A stretch of 63,783 bases of DNA, the filler included, from Octopus bimaculoides (taxonomy: Eukaryota): the NCBI RefSeq assembly GCF_001194135.2. It is 11 parts of 9 records of this genome, joined end to end, with 100 filler letters (N's around TTAATTAATTAA, not from the genome) between each part and the next. Parts side by side here need not be neighbours in the genome. Positions count along the whole stretch, not along the records: positions 40,364 to 47,046 come from NC_068985.1; positions 47,147 to 50,053 come from NC_068981.1; positions 50,154 to 54,385 come from NC_069008.1; 8 more parts are not named here. One strand, written 5' to 3'. Position numbers and translations under genes: made by a program. This document shows positions 40,853 to 53,330 of this stretch, piece after piece; position 1 is the first letter of the stretch, and every line of letters starts with the position of its first letter. The notes under the pieces were generated by a model. That model was given only the letters and a program-made list of their open reading frames with translations. It searched no databases and was not told where the DNA came from.

Positions 40853-42065
40853 TAATTGCACATTGGATCGGCTCCTACATAGTTCTCATCTACCAAATTC
40901 GATTTACATTGTATTGGTCAACCCAAGTTTGCGGTAGAAAACAGCTGGAGATACCGTAAACTGGGATCGAACCCGGGACCGCGTTGCTGCGAAGTGGAAT
41001 TCTTGACCACAAAGTAATCATATATCGATTAATGCCCCCTACAAACCTGTAAATACTGAAACATCCCAATCCCTTTTGCTCATAAATCTGAAGCCGCATG
41101 TATAATATGAGAAATCGAAAGAGAACAGAAAGGAAACACTTTTCCCCTTTATATATATATATATATATNNNNNNNNNNNNNNNNNNNNNNNNNNNNNNNN
41201 NNNNNNNNNNNNNNNNNNNNNNNNNNNNNNNNNNNNNNNNNNNNNNNNNNNNNNNNNNNNNNNNNNNNNNNNNNNNNNNNNNNNNNNNNNNNNNNNNNNN
41301 NNNNNNNNNNNNNNNNNNNNNNNNNNNNNNNNNNNNNNNNNNNNNNNNNNNNNNNNNNNNNNNNNNNNNNNNNNNNNNNNNNNNNNNNNNNNNNNNNNNN
41401 NNNNNNNNNNNNNNNNNNNNNNNNNNNNNNNNNNNNNNNNNNNNNNNNNNNNNNNNNNNNNNNNNNNNNNNNNNNNNNNNNNNNNNNNNNNNNNNNNNNN
41501 NNNNNNNNNNNNNNNNNNNNNNNNNNNNNNNNNNNNNNNNNNNNNNNNNNNNNNNNNNNNNNNNNNNNNNNNNNNNNNNNNNNNNNNNNNNNNNNNNNNN
41601 NNNNNNNNNNNNNNNNNNNNTCTCTCTCTCTCTCTCTTCCTCTCTCTCTTTCTTCGTTTCTTTTTTTTTTTTTCATCACCTCAATTTACTTCGTTTTATT
41701 TTAATTAACGTTTTGGGTATTTATTTATTTTTGTTTTAATTTTTTCGTTTTGTTTGCTTACACCCACAATAAGTACACTAACGGTAAAACATCTGGTAAT
41801 TTCAAAAGCAAAAGCAAAAGAAACTGCGATGAACAGGACAGTCGAAAATTAGATGTTCATATAAATATATATATACATATACACACACTTCAAAACTTCT
41901 ATAGTCGATTAATTTAAACGGTTATCAGCCAATTCATAAAAATACAAATTCATATGCAAAGATTTGACCTTCCATCCACCCCCACCATGTTCACATATAT
42001 ACACAGAAATACATGCATATATATGCATTTGTATATGTGCGTATATATATATAGATATATATGTA

Positions 42066-42101
<36 letters not shown>

Positions 42102-42313
42102 TCTATATATAATTCTATATATATAATCCTGTATAGATTTATAAGTGGACGTATGAATACGTATTACTATATGAAACAGAAAACTTATTCGCAGATCCGA
42201 GGAATGGTTGATACAGGCGTATATTAACGTAAGGGAAATTTTTCCACAACGAAAGTAGTTTGTGTTTACAATCGCTTATTTAGAAATAAACAGTAGTTGT
42301 ACATTCTTGCACA

Positions 42314-42367
<54 letters not shown>

Positions 42368-42711
42368 CACATACGCATATGATATATATGCACCTACATA
42401 ACCACAGTTATAGATACACATACACCCATGTCGCATGCCAACACACACAAAGTGTACACAGACATCCGTTGGCACAGTGAAAGATAGCCAATCTATGCTT
42501 AATCAACAACTTATCTACCTGAAGCCTCCAAACCAGATCACCAGCATCATCAGACAGGTAAAGTCGCTTATGTTTTATTTATTTACCAATATTCATCTAA
42601 TACTACAGACTGCTTCTTCTTCTGTACATAATATATTACCTTATCCTTATAAGAATACACTCAACACACACACATATTCACACATACACACACATACACA
42701 CACAGACAGAC

Positions 42712-42786
<75 letters not shown>

Positions 42787-43711
42787 CAGACATGTATGTA
42801 TATATATATATGTGTATATATTTATTTATCTATCTATATATAGAGAGAGAGATGTATATATACATATATGTGTGCATATAGATGTATATATANNNNNNNN
42901 NNNNNNNNNNNNNNNNNNNNNNNNNNNNNNNNNNNNNNNNNNNNNNNNNNNNNNNNNNNNNNNNNNNNNNNNNNNNNNNNNNNNNNNNNNNNNNNNNNNN
43001 NNNNNNNNNNNNNNNNNNNNNNNNNNNNNNNNNNNNNNNNNNNNNNNNNNNNNNNNNNNNNNNNNNNNNNNNNNNNNNNNNNNNNNNNNNNNNNNNNNNN
43101 NNNNNNNNNNNNNNNNNNNNNNNNNNNNNNNNNNNNNNNNNNNNNNNNNNNNNNNNNNNNNNNNNNNNNNNNNNNNNNNNNNNNNNNNNNNNNNNNNNNN
43201 NNNNNNNNNNNNNNNNNNNNNNNNNNNNNNNNNNNNNNNNNNNNNNNNNNNNNNNNNNNNNNNNNNNNNNNNNNNNNNNNNNNNNNNNNNNNNNNNNNNN
43301 NNNNNNNNNNNNNNNNNNNNNNNNNNNNNNNNNNNNNNNNNNNNNNNNNNNNNNNNNNNNNNNNNNNNNNNNNNNNNNNNNNNNNNNNNNNNNNNNNNNN
43401 NNNNNNNNNNNNNNNNNNNNNNNNNNNNNGATGAAGGACAATGTTGCTCTCCATTGGATTAGAACACAAAACGGAGAGATTTGAACGAATATTTGAAAGC
43501 GCTATATTCGAAGCCCTAACAACTCTGCCAACTCACTTTGTTATCCTCTCTATGTACGTATATATGTATGTATGTATGCATGTATGTATGTATCTATCTA
43601 TCTATATATGTATACACGGATATATTTATATATATATGTATGTGTGTATATATACACACACACATACATACATACATACATACATACAGACAGACAGACA
43701 GACATATTCTT

Positions 43712-44145
43712 CTATTTGTTTCAGTCATTTGACTGCAGCCATGCTGGAGCACCGCGTTGAAGGGTTTTAGTCGAACAAATCGCCACCAGGACTTATTCTT
43801 TTTAAACTTGGTACTTATTCTATCGGTATCTTTTGCCGAACTGCTAATTTACAGGAACGTAAACATCCCAACACCGGTTGTCAAGTGGTGATGCGGAGGG
43901 AGGGGAGAAACACAGACACAAAAACACACATACATAGACATACATACACACATACACACACACATACACGCACATACACACTCACATACACACACGCGCA
44001 TACACACATATACGACAGGCTTCTTTCAGTTTCCGTCCACAAAATCCACTCACAAGGCTATAGTAGAAGACACCTGTCCAAGGTACCACACATCGGGTCT
44101 GAATCCGGAACCGTGTTGTTCGGAAGCTTCTTACCACACAACTAT
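43712..44145 (-). mobile_element. SINE family 1, full copy
   Basis: Tail, body, internal microsatellite and head are all present in reverse orientation. Confidence 0.85.
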
Positions 44146-44160
44146 ACCTACACCTCATAT

Positions 44161-44191
<31 letters not shown>

Positions 44192-44979
44192 ATATGTATG
44201 TATGTATGTGTGTATGTATGTATGTATATATAAACGTATNNNNNNNNNNNNNNNNNNNNNNNNNNNNNNNNNNNNNNNNNNNNNNNNNNNNNNNNNNNNN
44301 NNNNNNNNNNNNNNNNNNNNNNNNNNNNNNNNNNNNNNNNNNNNNNNNNNNNNNNNNNNNNNNNNNNNNNNNNNNNNNNNNNNNNNNNNNNNNNNNNNNN
44401 NNNNNNNNNNNNNNNNNNNNNNNNNNNNNNNNNNNNNNNNNNNNNNNNNNNNNNNNNNNNNNNNNNNNNNNNNNNNNNNNNNNNNNNNNNNNNNNNNNNN
44501 NNNNNNNNNNNNNNNNNNNNNNNNNNNNNNNNNNNNNNNNNNNNNNNNNNNNNNNNNNNNNNNNNNNNNNNNNNNNNNNNNNNNNNNNNNNNNNNNNNNN
44601 NNNNNNNNNNNNNNNNNNNNNNNNNNNNNNNNNNNNNNNNNNNNNNNNNNNNNNNNNNNNNNNNNNNNNNNNNNNNNNNNNNNNNNNNNNNNNNNATATT
44701 CAATAATAGGATGAATTCTTTTACAAGAATTTATCAAGTAGCTAGCGTGAAAAAAACCTCATAAGGGAAAAAATCCATCATTTATTCGCCCAAAATATAT
44801 TTAGTTATATAAGGGCGTTACTATACAAGAATGCTTCACGCTATGAGGGACTCTAAGGTCAAACTCATAGCGTAAGGCATTCTTGTATAGTAATGCCCTT
44901 ATATAAATGTGTGTATATATATATATATATATATTATATTATATTATATTATATTATATTATATCATATTATTATTTTT

Positions 44980-45180
44980 AAAATGGGAAAGGCCGGTTTA
45001 TGGGATTACCTTAGGTTTCCCGTCCATTAAGGGTTTTTAGCTTTATGGCGCAACGTCAGATTCCAAAACCTGTCGACCAAAGAACTCTTAAAATATGGGC
45101 GAGGAAATGCCTCACTACTCAAAGGTAAAAGTAAGGACGGAAAACTTAAGGTAATCCCATAAACCGGCTTTCCCCATTTT
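44980..45180. mobile_element. 201-bp MITE with 46-bp TIRs
   Basis: 44980-45025 (AAAATGGGAAAGGCCGGTTTATGGGATTACCTTAGGTTTCCCGTCC) is nearly the reverse complement of 45135-45180. TSD unclear. Confidence 0.8.
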
Positions 45181-46231
45181 TAATATATCTGCTCGACATC
45201 TTAGAGTGTGTTTCTTCTTTCGGATTTATGTTTTTTGCAGACGATATATATATATTATTTTATTCTGTCACTTGTTTCCGTCGTGGGACTGTGCAGATAT
45301 TCCGGCATCGTTTTGAATACTTCAATTGATCAATTCGTCTCCAGTACTTATTTTAAATCTCGTCCTTCAGGTATCGATCTCTTTTTCTTTTAGCGAATCC
45401 CTAATTCACAGGCAAGTAAAGAAACGAATATGTACACAAGCACACGTACATAACATTTATACATACTTTCACTCACACACACACATATATAATATATACA
45501 TACATATATTCATATTTTTAATATAAATCTACATATAAGCACATTCATATCTATGAGGTTAAAAAGATCGCTTTGCAGTTATGTTGTTCCGTGTTCAAAG
45601 TGCCCCCTGCGAGGCACTTTGGACAAGTGTCTTCTATACTAAACCAGGGTCTATCTTGGGAGTGAATTTGGTAAACGAAAACTGTGGGGAAGCCTATATA
45701 AATGTATATGTACGTGTGTGTGTGATATATTTGGGGGGGGTCATTTTTTGCCAATATATAAACATACATATATATATATATATANNNNNNNNNNNNNNNN
45801 NNNNNNNNNNNNNNNNNNNNNNNNNNNNNNNNNNNNNNNNNNNNNNNNNNNNNNNNNNNNNNNNNNNNNNNNNNNNNNNNNNNNNNNNNNNNNNNNNNNN
45901 NNNNNNNNNNNNNNNNNNNNNNNNNNNNNNNNNNNNNNNNNNNNNNNNNNNNNNNNNNNNNNNNNNNNNNNNNNNNNNNNNNNNNNNNNNNNNNNNNNNC
46001 ATATCTATGAGGTTAAAAAGATCGCTTTGCAGTTATGTTGTTCCGTGTTCAAAGTGCCCCCTGCGAGGCACTTTGGACAAGTGTCTTCTATACTAAACCA
46101 GGGTCTATCTTGGGAGTGAATTTGGTAAACGAAAACTGTGGGGAAGCCTATATAAATGTATATGTACGTGTGTGTGTGATATATTTGGGGGGGGTCATTT
46201 TTTGCCAATATATAAACATACATATATATAT

Positions 46232-46614
46232 GGTGGCACTCCGTCGGTTACGACGACGAGGATTCTAGTTGATCTGATCAACGGAACAGCCTGCTCGTGA
46301 AATTAACGTGCAAGTGGCTGAGCACTCCACAGACACGTGTACCCTTCATGTAGTTCTCGGGGAGATTCAGCGTGACAAAGTGTATGACAAGGCTGGCCCT
46401 TTGAAATACAGGTACAACAGAAACAGGAAGTAAGAGTGAGAGAAAGTGGTGGTGAAAGAGTACAGCAGGGTTCGCCACCATCCCCTGCCGGAGCCTCGTG
46501 GAGCTTTAGGTGTTTTCGCTCAATAAACACTGACAACGCCTGGTCTTGGAATCGAAACTGCGATCCTACAACCGCGAGTCCGCTGCCCTAACCACTGGGC
46601 CATTGCGCCTCCAC
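46232..46614 (-). mobile_element. tRNA-derived SINE family 3, full length
   Basis: A-box TGGCCCAGTGG and B-box-like GTTTCGATTCC on the minus strand; high similarity to 52945-53330. Confidence 0.9.
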
Positions 46615-46994
46615 CTATGTGTACAGAGAGAGAGAGAGAGAGAGATACGTATGTGTGTGTTACTGTATCGACCCGACTATCGAACAGATGGATGTGATTA
46701 CATACTGCTGGTCTCAATTTATTTCCTCACATTGTTGTGCCTTCAAATGATGCCAACATGCTGGCTAGGCCCGAAGCTCAATAATACCCCGAACCGGACA
46801 CCATTCTGTGGTAGGGTTATCCATCTACATTTGTATGGGATAGAGCAACATGAAATGAACTCTTTGCTCAAAAATATACCGAAACCGCCTTTCTGGGTAT
46901 CGAAAGCACGATCTCGCGATCGTAAGTGGAACACTCTAAGCACAAGGCCATACATGTACACACACACATTATATATATATATATAATATATATA

Positions 46995-47035
<41 letters not shown>

Positions 47036-47864
47036 TAATATATATANNNNNNNNNNNNNNNNNNNNNNNNNNNNNNNNNNNNNNNNNNNNTTAATTAATT
47101 AANNNNNNNNNNNNNNNNNNNNNNNNNNNNNNNNNNNNNNNNNNNNTATATGTATGTATGTATGTATGTATGTACATTTACATATATGCACCCACACTCT
47201 CTCCTCTATTCCTCCCTTTCTCTCCCCTCCCATACCCACCTCCCCCTCTCTTACATCCACCTTCCCCTTCCCCCTTCATCGTCAACACCCCCTCATAAGC
47301 TCATCCCACCACACCCCAGCACACTCCACGCCATCCAATTCTTTGACAGCGTGTTTAGACAAGAATCTGATGGTGTCGATATTTCTCGGCCTCTGTATCT
47401 ATATATGTGCGTAAGTATATATGTGTGTATATATAATATATTCGCGTATATATGCATATACGAAGAGTGAGAATGTGTGACTGTAGGGATGTTATTGTTT
47501 GTTTTGGTTTACGCGCGTGTATGTGTGCGCATATGTTTGTGTTTGCGTGTTTGTTGTTTGCTGGGGTGTTGGTCTCTGTTATGTTGTTATATGTTATCGT
47601 TTTTGCTTGTGCATGTGTGTATTGAGTGTGTGAGAGTGTGTGTATGTGTGTGCGTCTGTGTATTGGTGTATGCCACATTAGTGTTCGCGTGCAAATGGGT
47701 TTAGTGCGCGAGTGTGGATCCTGTGTGTGTGTATGTGTGTTTATGTGTGCATGCATGTGCATGCATGTGCATGAGCTTTTGTTATTTCTGCGTGTGAATG
47801 TAGTGGCATGGCAAGTATGGTGTTTATGTATCCGGGCCTCCTAATATGTACGTGTCAACAATAA

Positions 47865-48310
47865 AATGAAACCATTGATCATGATAAAAAATGGTAGGAA
47901 CACAAACAACCTCCAGTGCTTGAAAATGATCACATCTCACTCCTCTGGAACTTCACCATTCAAACTGACAGAAAGATAGATGCATATAGGCCAAATATTA
48001 TATTGAAAGACTTCAGACAAAAATCATGCCTCCTCATTGATAGAACTGTCCCAATCGACATAAATGTATCTGTCAAGACCTACCAAAAACTGAGCAAGTA
48101 TAAAGATCTTGAAATAGAAATTAGCGAAATGTGGAACCTGAAGACTAAAACAAAACCTGTAGTCATAGGTGTCCTTGGAATGATAGCAAAAGAGGCTGAT
48201 TGCTCCCTAGCTTAGATACCAGGAAACCCCAAAATGGCAGAAATTCAAAAGGCAGTGCTCTTGAGAACTACCCATATCTTATGTAAAATACTTTCTATGT
48301 GATCTCAAAT
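47865..48310 (+). mobile_element. R4/Dong-like non-LTR retrotransposon, restriction-like endonuclease domain relic
   Basis: LENDHISLLWNFTIQTDRKIDAYRPNIILKD..CLLIDRTVP..KLSKYKDLEIEISEMWNLKTKTKPVVIGVLG..IQKAVLLRTTHIL is the PD-(D/E)xK REL signature. Confidence 0.85.
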
Positions 48311-49165
48311 TTGAAAACAATCATATAATTTTCTTATGGTTTCTTATACATTCTCTAAAACAACCCTATGTACAAAACCAAATATATGGCACCCTAGGTA
48401 TAGCACCAACATGAACTTCTGACATGTCTCGTGAGGTTTCTGGGTGAGACTTGGAGCCAACTTGTACAAATGTAAATCAAAAATCAAAAGTCTCTCTCCT
48501 CAACTCTGTATATTTCATTCTCTTGATCTGAATATGCAGCATAAATGTACCTAGCCTGTGGTCGCCTTGGTAGCAGGTCTCTTTTCAGCAGATACGAGAT
48601 TTAGTTATTTCAAAGTTAATCTGACGTGGACGAACGACATCGAATCATTTAGGTTGTATGCAGTTAGAATATTCTTTAGACCAGTAGTCCTAAATATTAT
48701 TCTATCTGTAGGCATACTGGCCTAAACGAAAGTATACGTTATCCTTTCATCTGTATACTAGTTTCGGTCATTCAACTGTGGTCATGCTGGAGTCCACTTT
48801 TAAGAATCTTCCAAATTAGGGAGTAAATTATTCTGTGCAAGTATTTTCTTCCTCCCTCTTTTCCTTGTTTTTAGTTTAATATTTTTAGATTTTTTCTTAT
48901 TTATTCGTATCAGAGTTTCTGTAGTCTGTCGTGTCTTATCAGCTTCACACAGACATTTCAATAGTTTAAATAAATATAATAATAACAAATAAATCCGATC
49001 TCGAATTCCTTAGAATTCTCATTAGAATCTCTTGTGAACAGAGTATTTAGAAATTCTCTTCACATACACTGATGTTGCTACAATAACTAAAAATAGAAAA
49101 ACAATAGAAACAAGAAACTAAAATTAGCACTGAACTCATTGACACCGGAACTACACATGCCCCAA

Positions 49166-49190
49166 CTAGTAGTGGAGTACAAGCTCCACA
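49166..49190 (-). mobile_element. Helitron-like 3' terminus
   Basis: Minus strand GTGGAG-CTTGTA-CTCCAC hairpin followed by TA-CTAG|T. Confidence 0.35.
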
Positions 49191-49297
49191 CACCGCACAA
49201 AACACATTCATTTCCATGGTAACTGAACTGATTTACTCATCATTATCGCTGGTATTTTCATCGCGATTGTTACCATGATTATCGTCATTATTCTTAT

Positions 49298-49399
<102 letters not shown>

Positions 49400-49430
49400 A
49401 TGTTGCTGTTGCTAATGATGTCGCTAGAAA

Positions 49431-49480
<50 letters not shown>

Positions 49481-50153
49481 ACATTACCACAAACAACAAC
49501 AATAACAACCACTCACTGTAAGAGGAACTACACTTTGTTCCTGCACTTTCTCAGTGCATTAATACCGCTATTAACACTATCTCCACATTAACTTAGACAC
49601 CATCACATCATCACCAATACACAATCTACTTATTCCCACGACAACAACACAAACCAAATCGCTTAACTCACTCATCTCAGAAGTTTTCTTGAAGACTTGT
49701 TCTACATCCAGACTTGGGGGTTAAAATGAAGTTTAAGAGTATGCCGCTTTACTTCCCGCAAAAACAACTATAAATGCAACGTAAATGTACGCTCACTTCT
49801 TTCTGACCTGGACTCTTTTTACTCTTTACTCGCTTACTTGTTTCAGTCTTTTGACTGTGGCCATGCTGGAGCACCGCTTTTAGTCGAGCAACTCGACCCC
49901 AGGACTTATTCTTTGGAAGCCTAGTACTTATTCTATCGGTCACTTTTGCCGAACCGCTAGGTTAAGGGAACGTAAACACACCAACATCGGTTGTGAATTG
50001 ATGTTGGGGAGACAAACACAGACACACATACACACACACACACGCACACACACNNNNNNNNNNNNNNNNNNNNNNNNNNNNNNNNNNNNNNNNNNNNTTA
50101 ATTAATTAANNNNNNNNNNNNNNNNNNNNNNNNNNNNNNNNNNNNNNNNNNNN

Positions 50154-50176
50154 CCGAGTTCAATTCCAGGCAGTGA

Positions 50177-50214
<38 letters not shown>

Positions 50215-50355
50215 TCGAAAAATACCTTAGGAATGAGAATCTAGGTTTGAAATTTCCCCAAGGCACCTGATGAAGGCTGGAGGGTATATCAGCCGAAACG
50301 TTGTGTTAACAACAAACAAGATGAGGACGAATATCCGTCAATTGTAAATAATGTA
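50154..50355 (+). mobile_element. short non-autonomous element: B-box + (AAT)n + hammerhead-bearing tail
   Basis: GAGTTCAATTCC at 50156-50167, (AAT)n at about 50180-50212, then the hammerhead. The 5' end is lost in the gap. Confidence 0.55.
50262..50307 (+). ncRNA. minimal type I hammerhead ribozyme (Penelope-type)
   Basis: GGCAC (stem I) CTGATGA A GGCTG-gagggtatat-CAGCC (stem II) GAAA C GT T | GTGTT (stem I'). The catalytic core is intact. Stem III is the self-complementary AACGTT. Confidence 0.75.
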
Positions 50356-50679
50356 AAGGGGAGATGTTTGACCTATGTTGGGTAAGGTCAAATAAGACCC
50401 TTCTGATCCATGGTCCATGTTCTCTCATGTACCCCACTTCTTGAACATTGAGTTTTGTGTGGCACTGTACCACCACCATCGTTGTCTTCTTTCTAGCTAC
50501 TCCCACCACCGCCCTTAAAAACTAGCTATGAGCATTATGACATTTGCCCAAGGTGCCTCACAGTGGGACTGAACCCAAAATCACATGGTCGGAAAGCAAA
50601 CTTCTTCACCACGCAGCCAAGCCAACACTTTAATTATATATATATATTTTTTTTAATTGAAAAACACGCAAGAGAAATG

Positions 50680-51110
50680 TAAAGACCAAAGAGTAATGCT
50701 TGCTCCTCGAATGTGCCACCCCTGTAAACACCTCGTTGCAGAGTTGGCCTCAAGCACCACACCATGTAGGACCACCAAATTCCGTTTCCGAGACCAGCTC
50801 AAGGCTACTCTCCTCCACAGTTCCACTGACCCAAATACCTGCCTTGCAGATGAGTACCACCTTGTCATTGGCTGCAGGGCTTGTGTGTCTCCATGAGCAG
50901 GAGAGCTATGCAGGTGGGAGATTTGTCTCCTGGTAGGGCCACCCAAGCCAGACAGGTCGAAGGGACCAGATGAAAAATACTCAACTGGCCCTCCAGGTTG
51001 GGGATTTAGCATTGAGCTAACACCTCAGTCTAGTAAAAAAAAACATACTTGTTACAGAAAGCATGAAGCGGCCGGCCCTGTGTTCCCCGAGGAATCAAGA
51101 GACCTAACAA
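50680..51110 (+). mobile_element. RTE-clade LINE fragments (RT C-terminal relic followed by 5'-UTR-like block)
   Basis: ELASSTTPCRTTKFRFRDQLKATL resembles GEL..G.R..GRPK.R.KD.LK. The downstream GGTAGGGCCACCCAAGCCAGACAGGTC...CCCTCCAGGTTGGG...GCTAACA resembles RTE 5' UTRs as I recall them. Confidence 0.5.
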
Positions 51111-52004
51111 CAACAAATTCCAATGTGAACTTACCAGCACAGGATCTCTTCCATGGTGTAGCCAAGGTTCTTTGATGGGCCAAGTTTGTTGAGTAACTTG
51201 ACAAAGAAGTTGAGGNNNNNNNNNNNNNNNNNNNNNNNNNNNNNNNNNNNNNNNNNNNNNNNNNNNNNNNNNNNNNNNNNNNNNNNNNNNNNNNNNNNNN
51301 NNNNNNNNNNNNNNNNNNNNNNNNNNNNNNNNNNNNNNNNNNNNNNNNNNNNNNNNNNNNNNNNNNNNNNNNNNNNNNNNNNNNNNNNNNNNNNNNNNNN
51401 NNNNNNNNNNNNNNNNNNNNNNNNNNNNNNNNNNNNNNNNNNNNNNNNNNNNNNNNNNNNNNNNNNNNNNNNNNNNNNNNNNNNNNNNNNNNNNNNNNNN
51501 NNNNNNNNNNNNNNNNNNNNNNNNNNNNNNNNNNNNNNNNNNNNNNNNNNNNNNNNNNNNNNNNNNNNNNNNNNNNNNNNNNNNNNNNNNNNNNNNNNNN
51601 NNNNNNNNNNNNNNNNNNNNNNNNNNNNNNNNNNNNNNNNNNNNNNNNNNNNNNNNNNNNNNNNNNNNNNNNNNNNNNNNNNNNNNNNNNNNNNNNNNNN
51701 NNNNNNNNNNNNNNNNNNNNNNNNNNNNNNNNNNNNNNNNNNNNNNNNNNNNNNNNNNNNNNNNNNNNNNNNNNNNNNNNNNNNNNNNNNNNNNNNNNNN
51801 NNNNNNNNNNNNNNNNNNNNNNNNNNNNNNNNNNNNNNNNNNNNNNNNNNNNNNNNNNNNNNNNNNNNNNNNNNNNNNNNNNNNNNNNNNNNNNNNNNNN
51901 NNNNNNNNNNNNNNNNNNNNNNNNNNNNNNNNNNNNNNNNNNNNNNNNNNNNNNNNNNNNNNNNNNNNNNNNNNNNNNNNNNNNNNNNNNNATTCAGTAA
52001 TGAC

Positions 52005-52155
52005 GAATATAATTCATACCTTCCAGAAAATAAATATATTGTAAACACCTTATTCTAAAAATACAATAAAGTACATAAAATAAATGTACTTCATTGTATT
52101 TTTAGAATAAGGTGTTTACAATATATTTATTTTCTGGAAGGTATGAATTACATTC
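52005..52155. repeat. AT-rich palindrome, 72-bp arms, 7-nt loop
   Basis: 52005-52076 and 52084-52155 are reverse complements with 2 mismatches. Confidence 0.9.
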
Positions 52156-52944
52156 TTTTTTATTGAATTATTTAATAGTGGTTTTTCTCTAAATTACACA
52201 CACACACATATATATATATAGTGAGAATTTACAAAGAAAAAACAAAAGACAAAGATGGGTGTGTAAAAAAACAAAAAGATGCATTAGTTTAACGCTTGGG
52301 AAGTGAGAAAGCCATTTTGGGGGAGGGGATGAGTCGATTACGTCGACCCCAGTACACAACTGGTACTTAATTGTTAATTCATATTTACCAATAAATATAC
52401 ATCAGGGTATGACTTGAGGGAGAATTGGCTGCTATTTCTAGCAGGTTGAACGACCGTGTAGAGGTCTCCTTTGTTGGCTCATGTGTGTTGGGGGGAATGG
52501 GTGATGTTTTGAATGAGTAAAGTCCAAGGTTCCAAGAATATAGACATGGGCAGGGGGTGGACAGAGAGTAATGGAAATATACTGACCTCGGGATAAGTCC
52601 AGTCGAATATTTTCTTCTCCGCTTTCATGGCGACCTGCAAGATAAAAATAATGATGAATTTCAAATTCTGACACAAGGCCAGCAATTTCAGGGGATGGGA
52701 TAAGTCGATTACATCAACCCCAGTACGTAACTGGTACTTATTTTACTGACCCCAAAAGGGATGAAAGGCAAAGTTGAGGTCAGTGAAATTTGAACTTAAA
52801 ACGTAAAGACAGACGAAATGCCAGCAGGCATTTTGCAAAGGACACTGCCCGTATGATGTTGGTCCACATTGTCGAGAGAAAAGAAGGTACAAACAGACAG
52901 ACACACACAAACAGATATTCATACATGCATATATAGACACACAA

Positions 52945-53330
52945 GTGGAGGCGCAATGGCCCAGTGGTTAGGGCAGCGGACTCGCGGTCATAGGATCGCG
53001 GTTTCGATTCCCAGACCGGGCATTGTGAGCGTTTATTGAGCGAAAACACCTAAAAGCTCCACGAGGCTCCAGCAGGGGATGGTGGCGAACCCTGCTGTAC
53101 TCTTCCACCACAACTTTCTCTCATTCTTTCTTCCTGTTTCTGGTGTGCCTGTAATTTCAAAGGGTCAGCCTTGTCACACTGTGTCACGCTGAATATCCCC
53201 GAGAACTACGTTAAGGGGTACACGTGTCTGTGGAGTGCTCAGCCACTTGCACGTTAATTTCACAAGCAGGCTGTTCCGTTGATCGGATCAACTGGAACCC
53301 TCGACGTCGTAAGCGACGGAGTGCTAATAA
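52945..53330 (+). mobile_element. tRNA-derived SINE family 3, full length
   Basis: GTGGAGGCGCAATGGCCCAGTGGTTAGGGCAGCGGACTCGCGGTCATAGGATCGCGGTTTCGATTCCCAGACC head. Confidence 0.9.

Noticed and set aside
48588-48655. Plus-strand exon-like segments (DTRFSYFKVNLTWTNDIESFR; also 42190-42230, 53695-53810 and 56020-56100)
   Set aside because: Splice-like sites are frequent by chance in this AT-rich DNA, and the pieces do not chain into a recognisable protein.
52945-53020. Possible tRNA gene
   Set aside because: It is the tRNA-derived head of a multicopy SINE: it continues into the SINE body and gives no clean cloverleaf.
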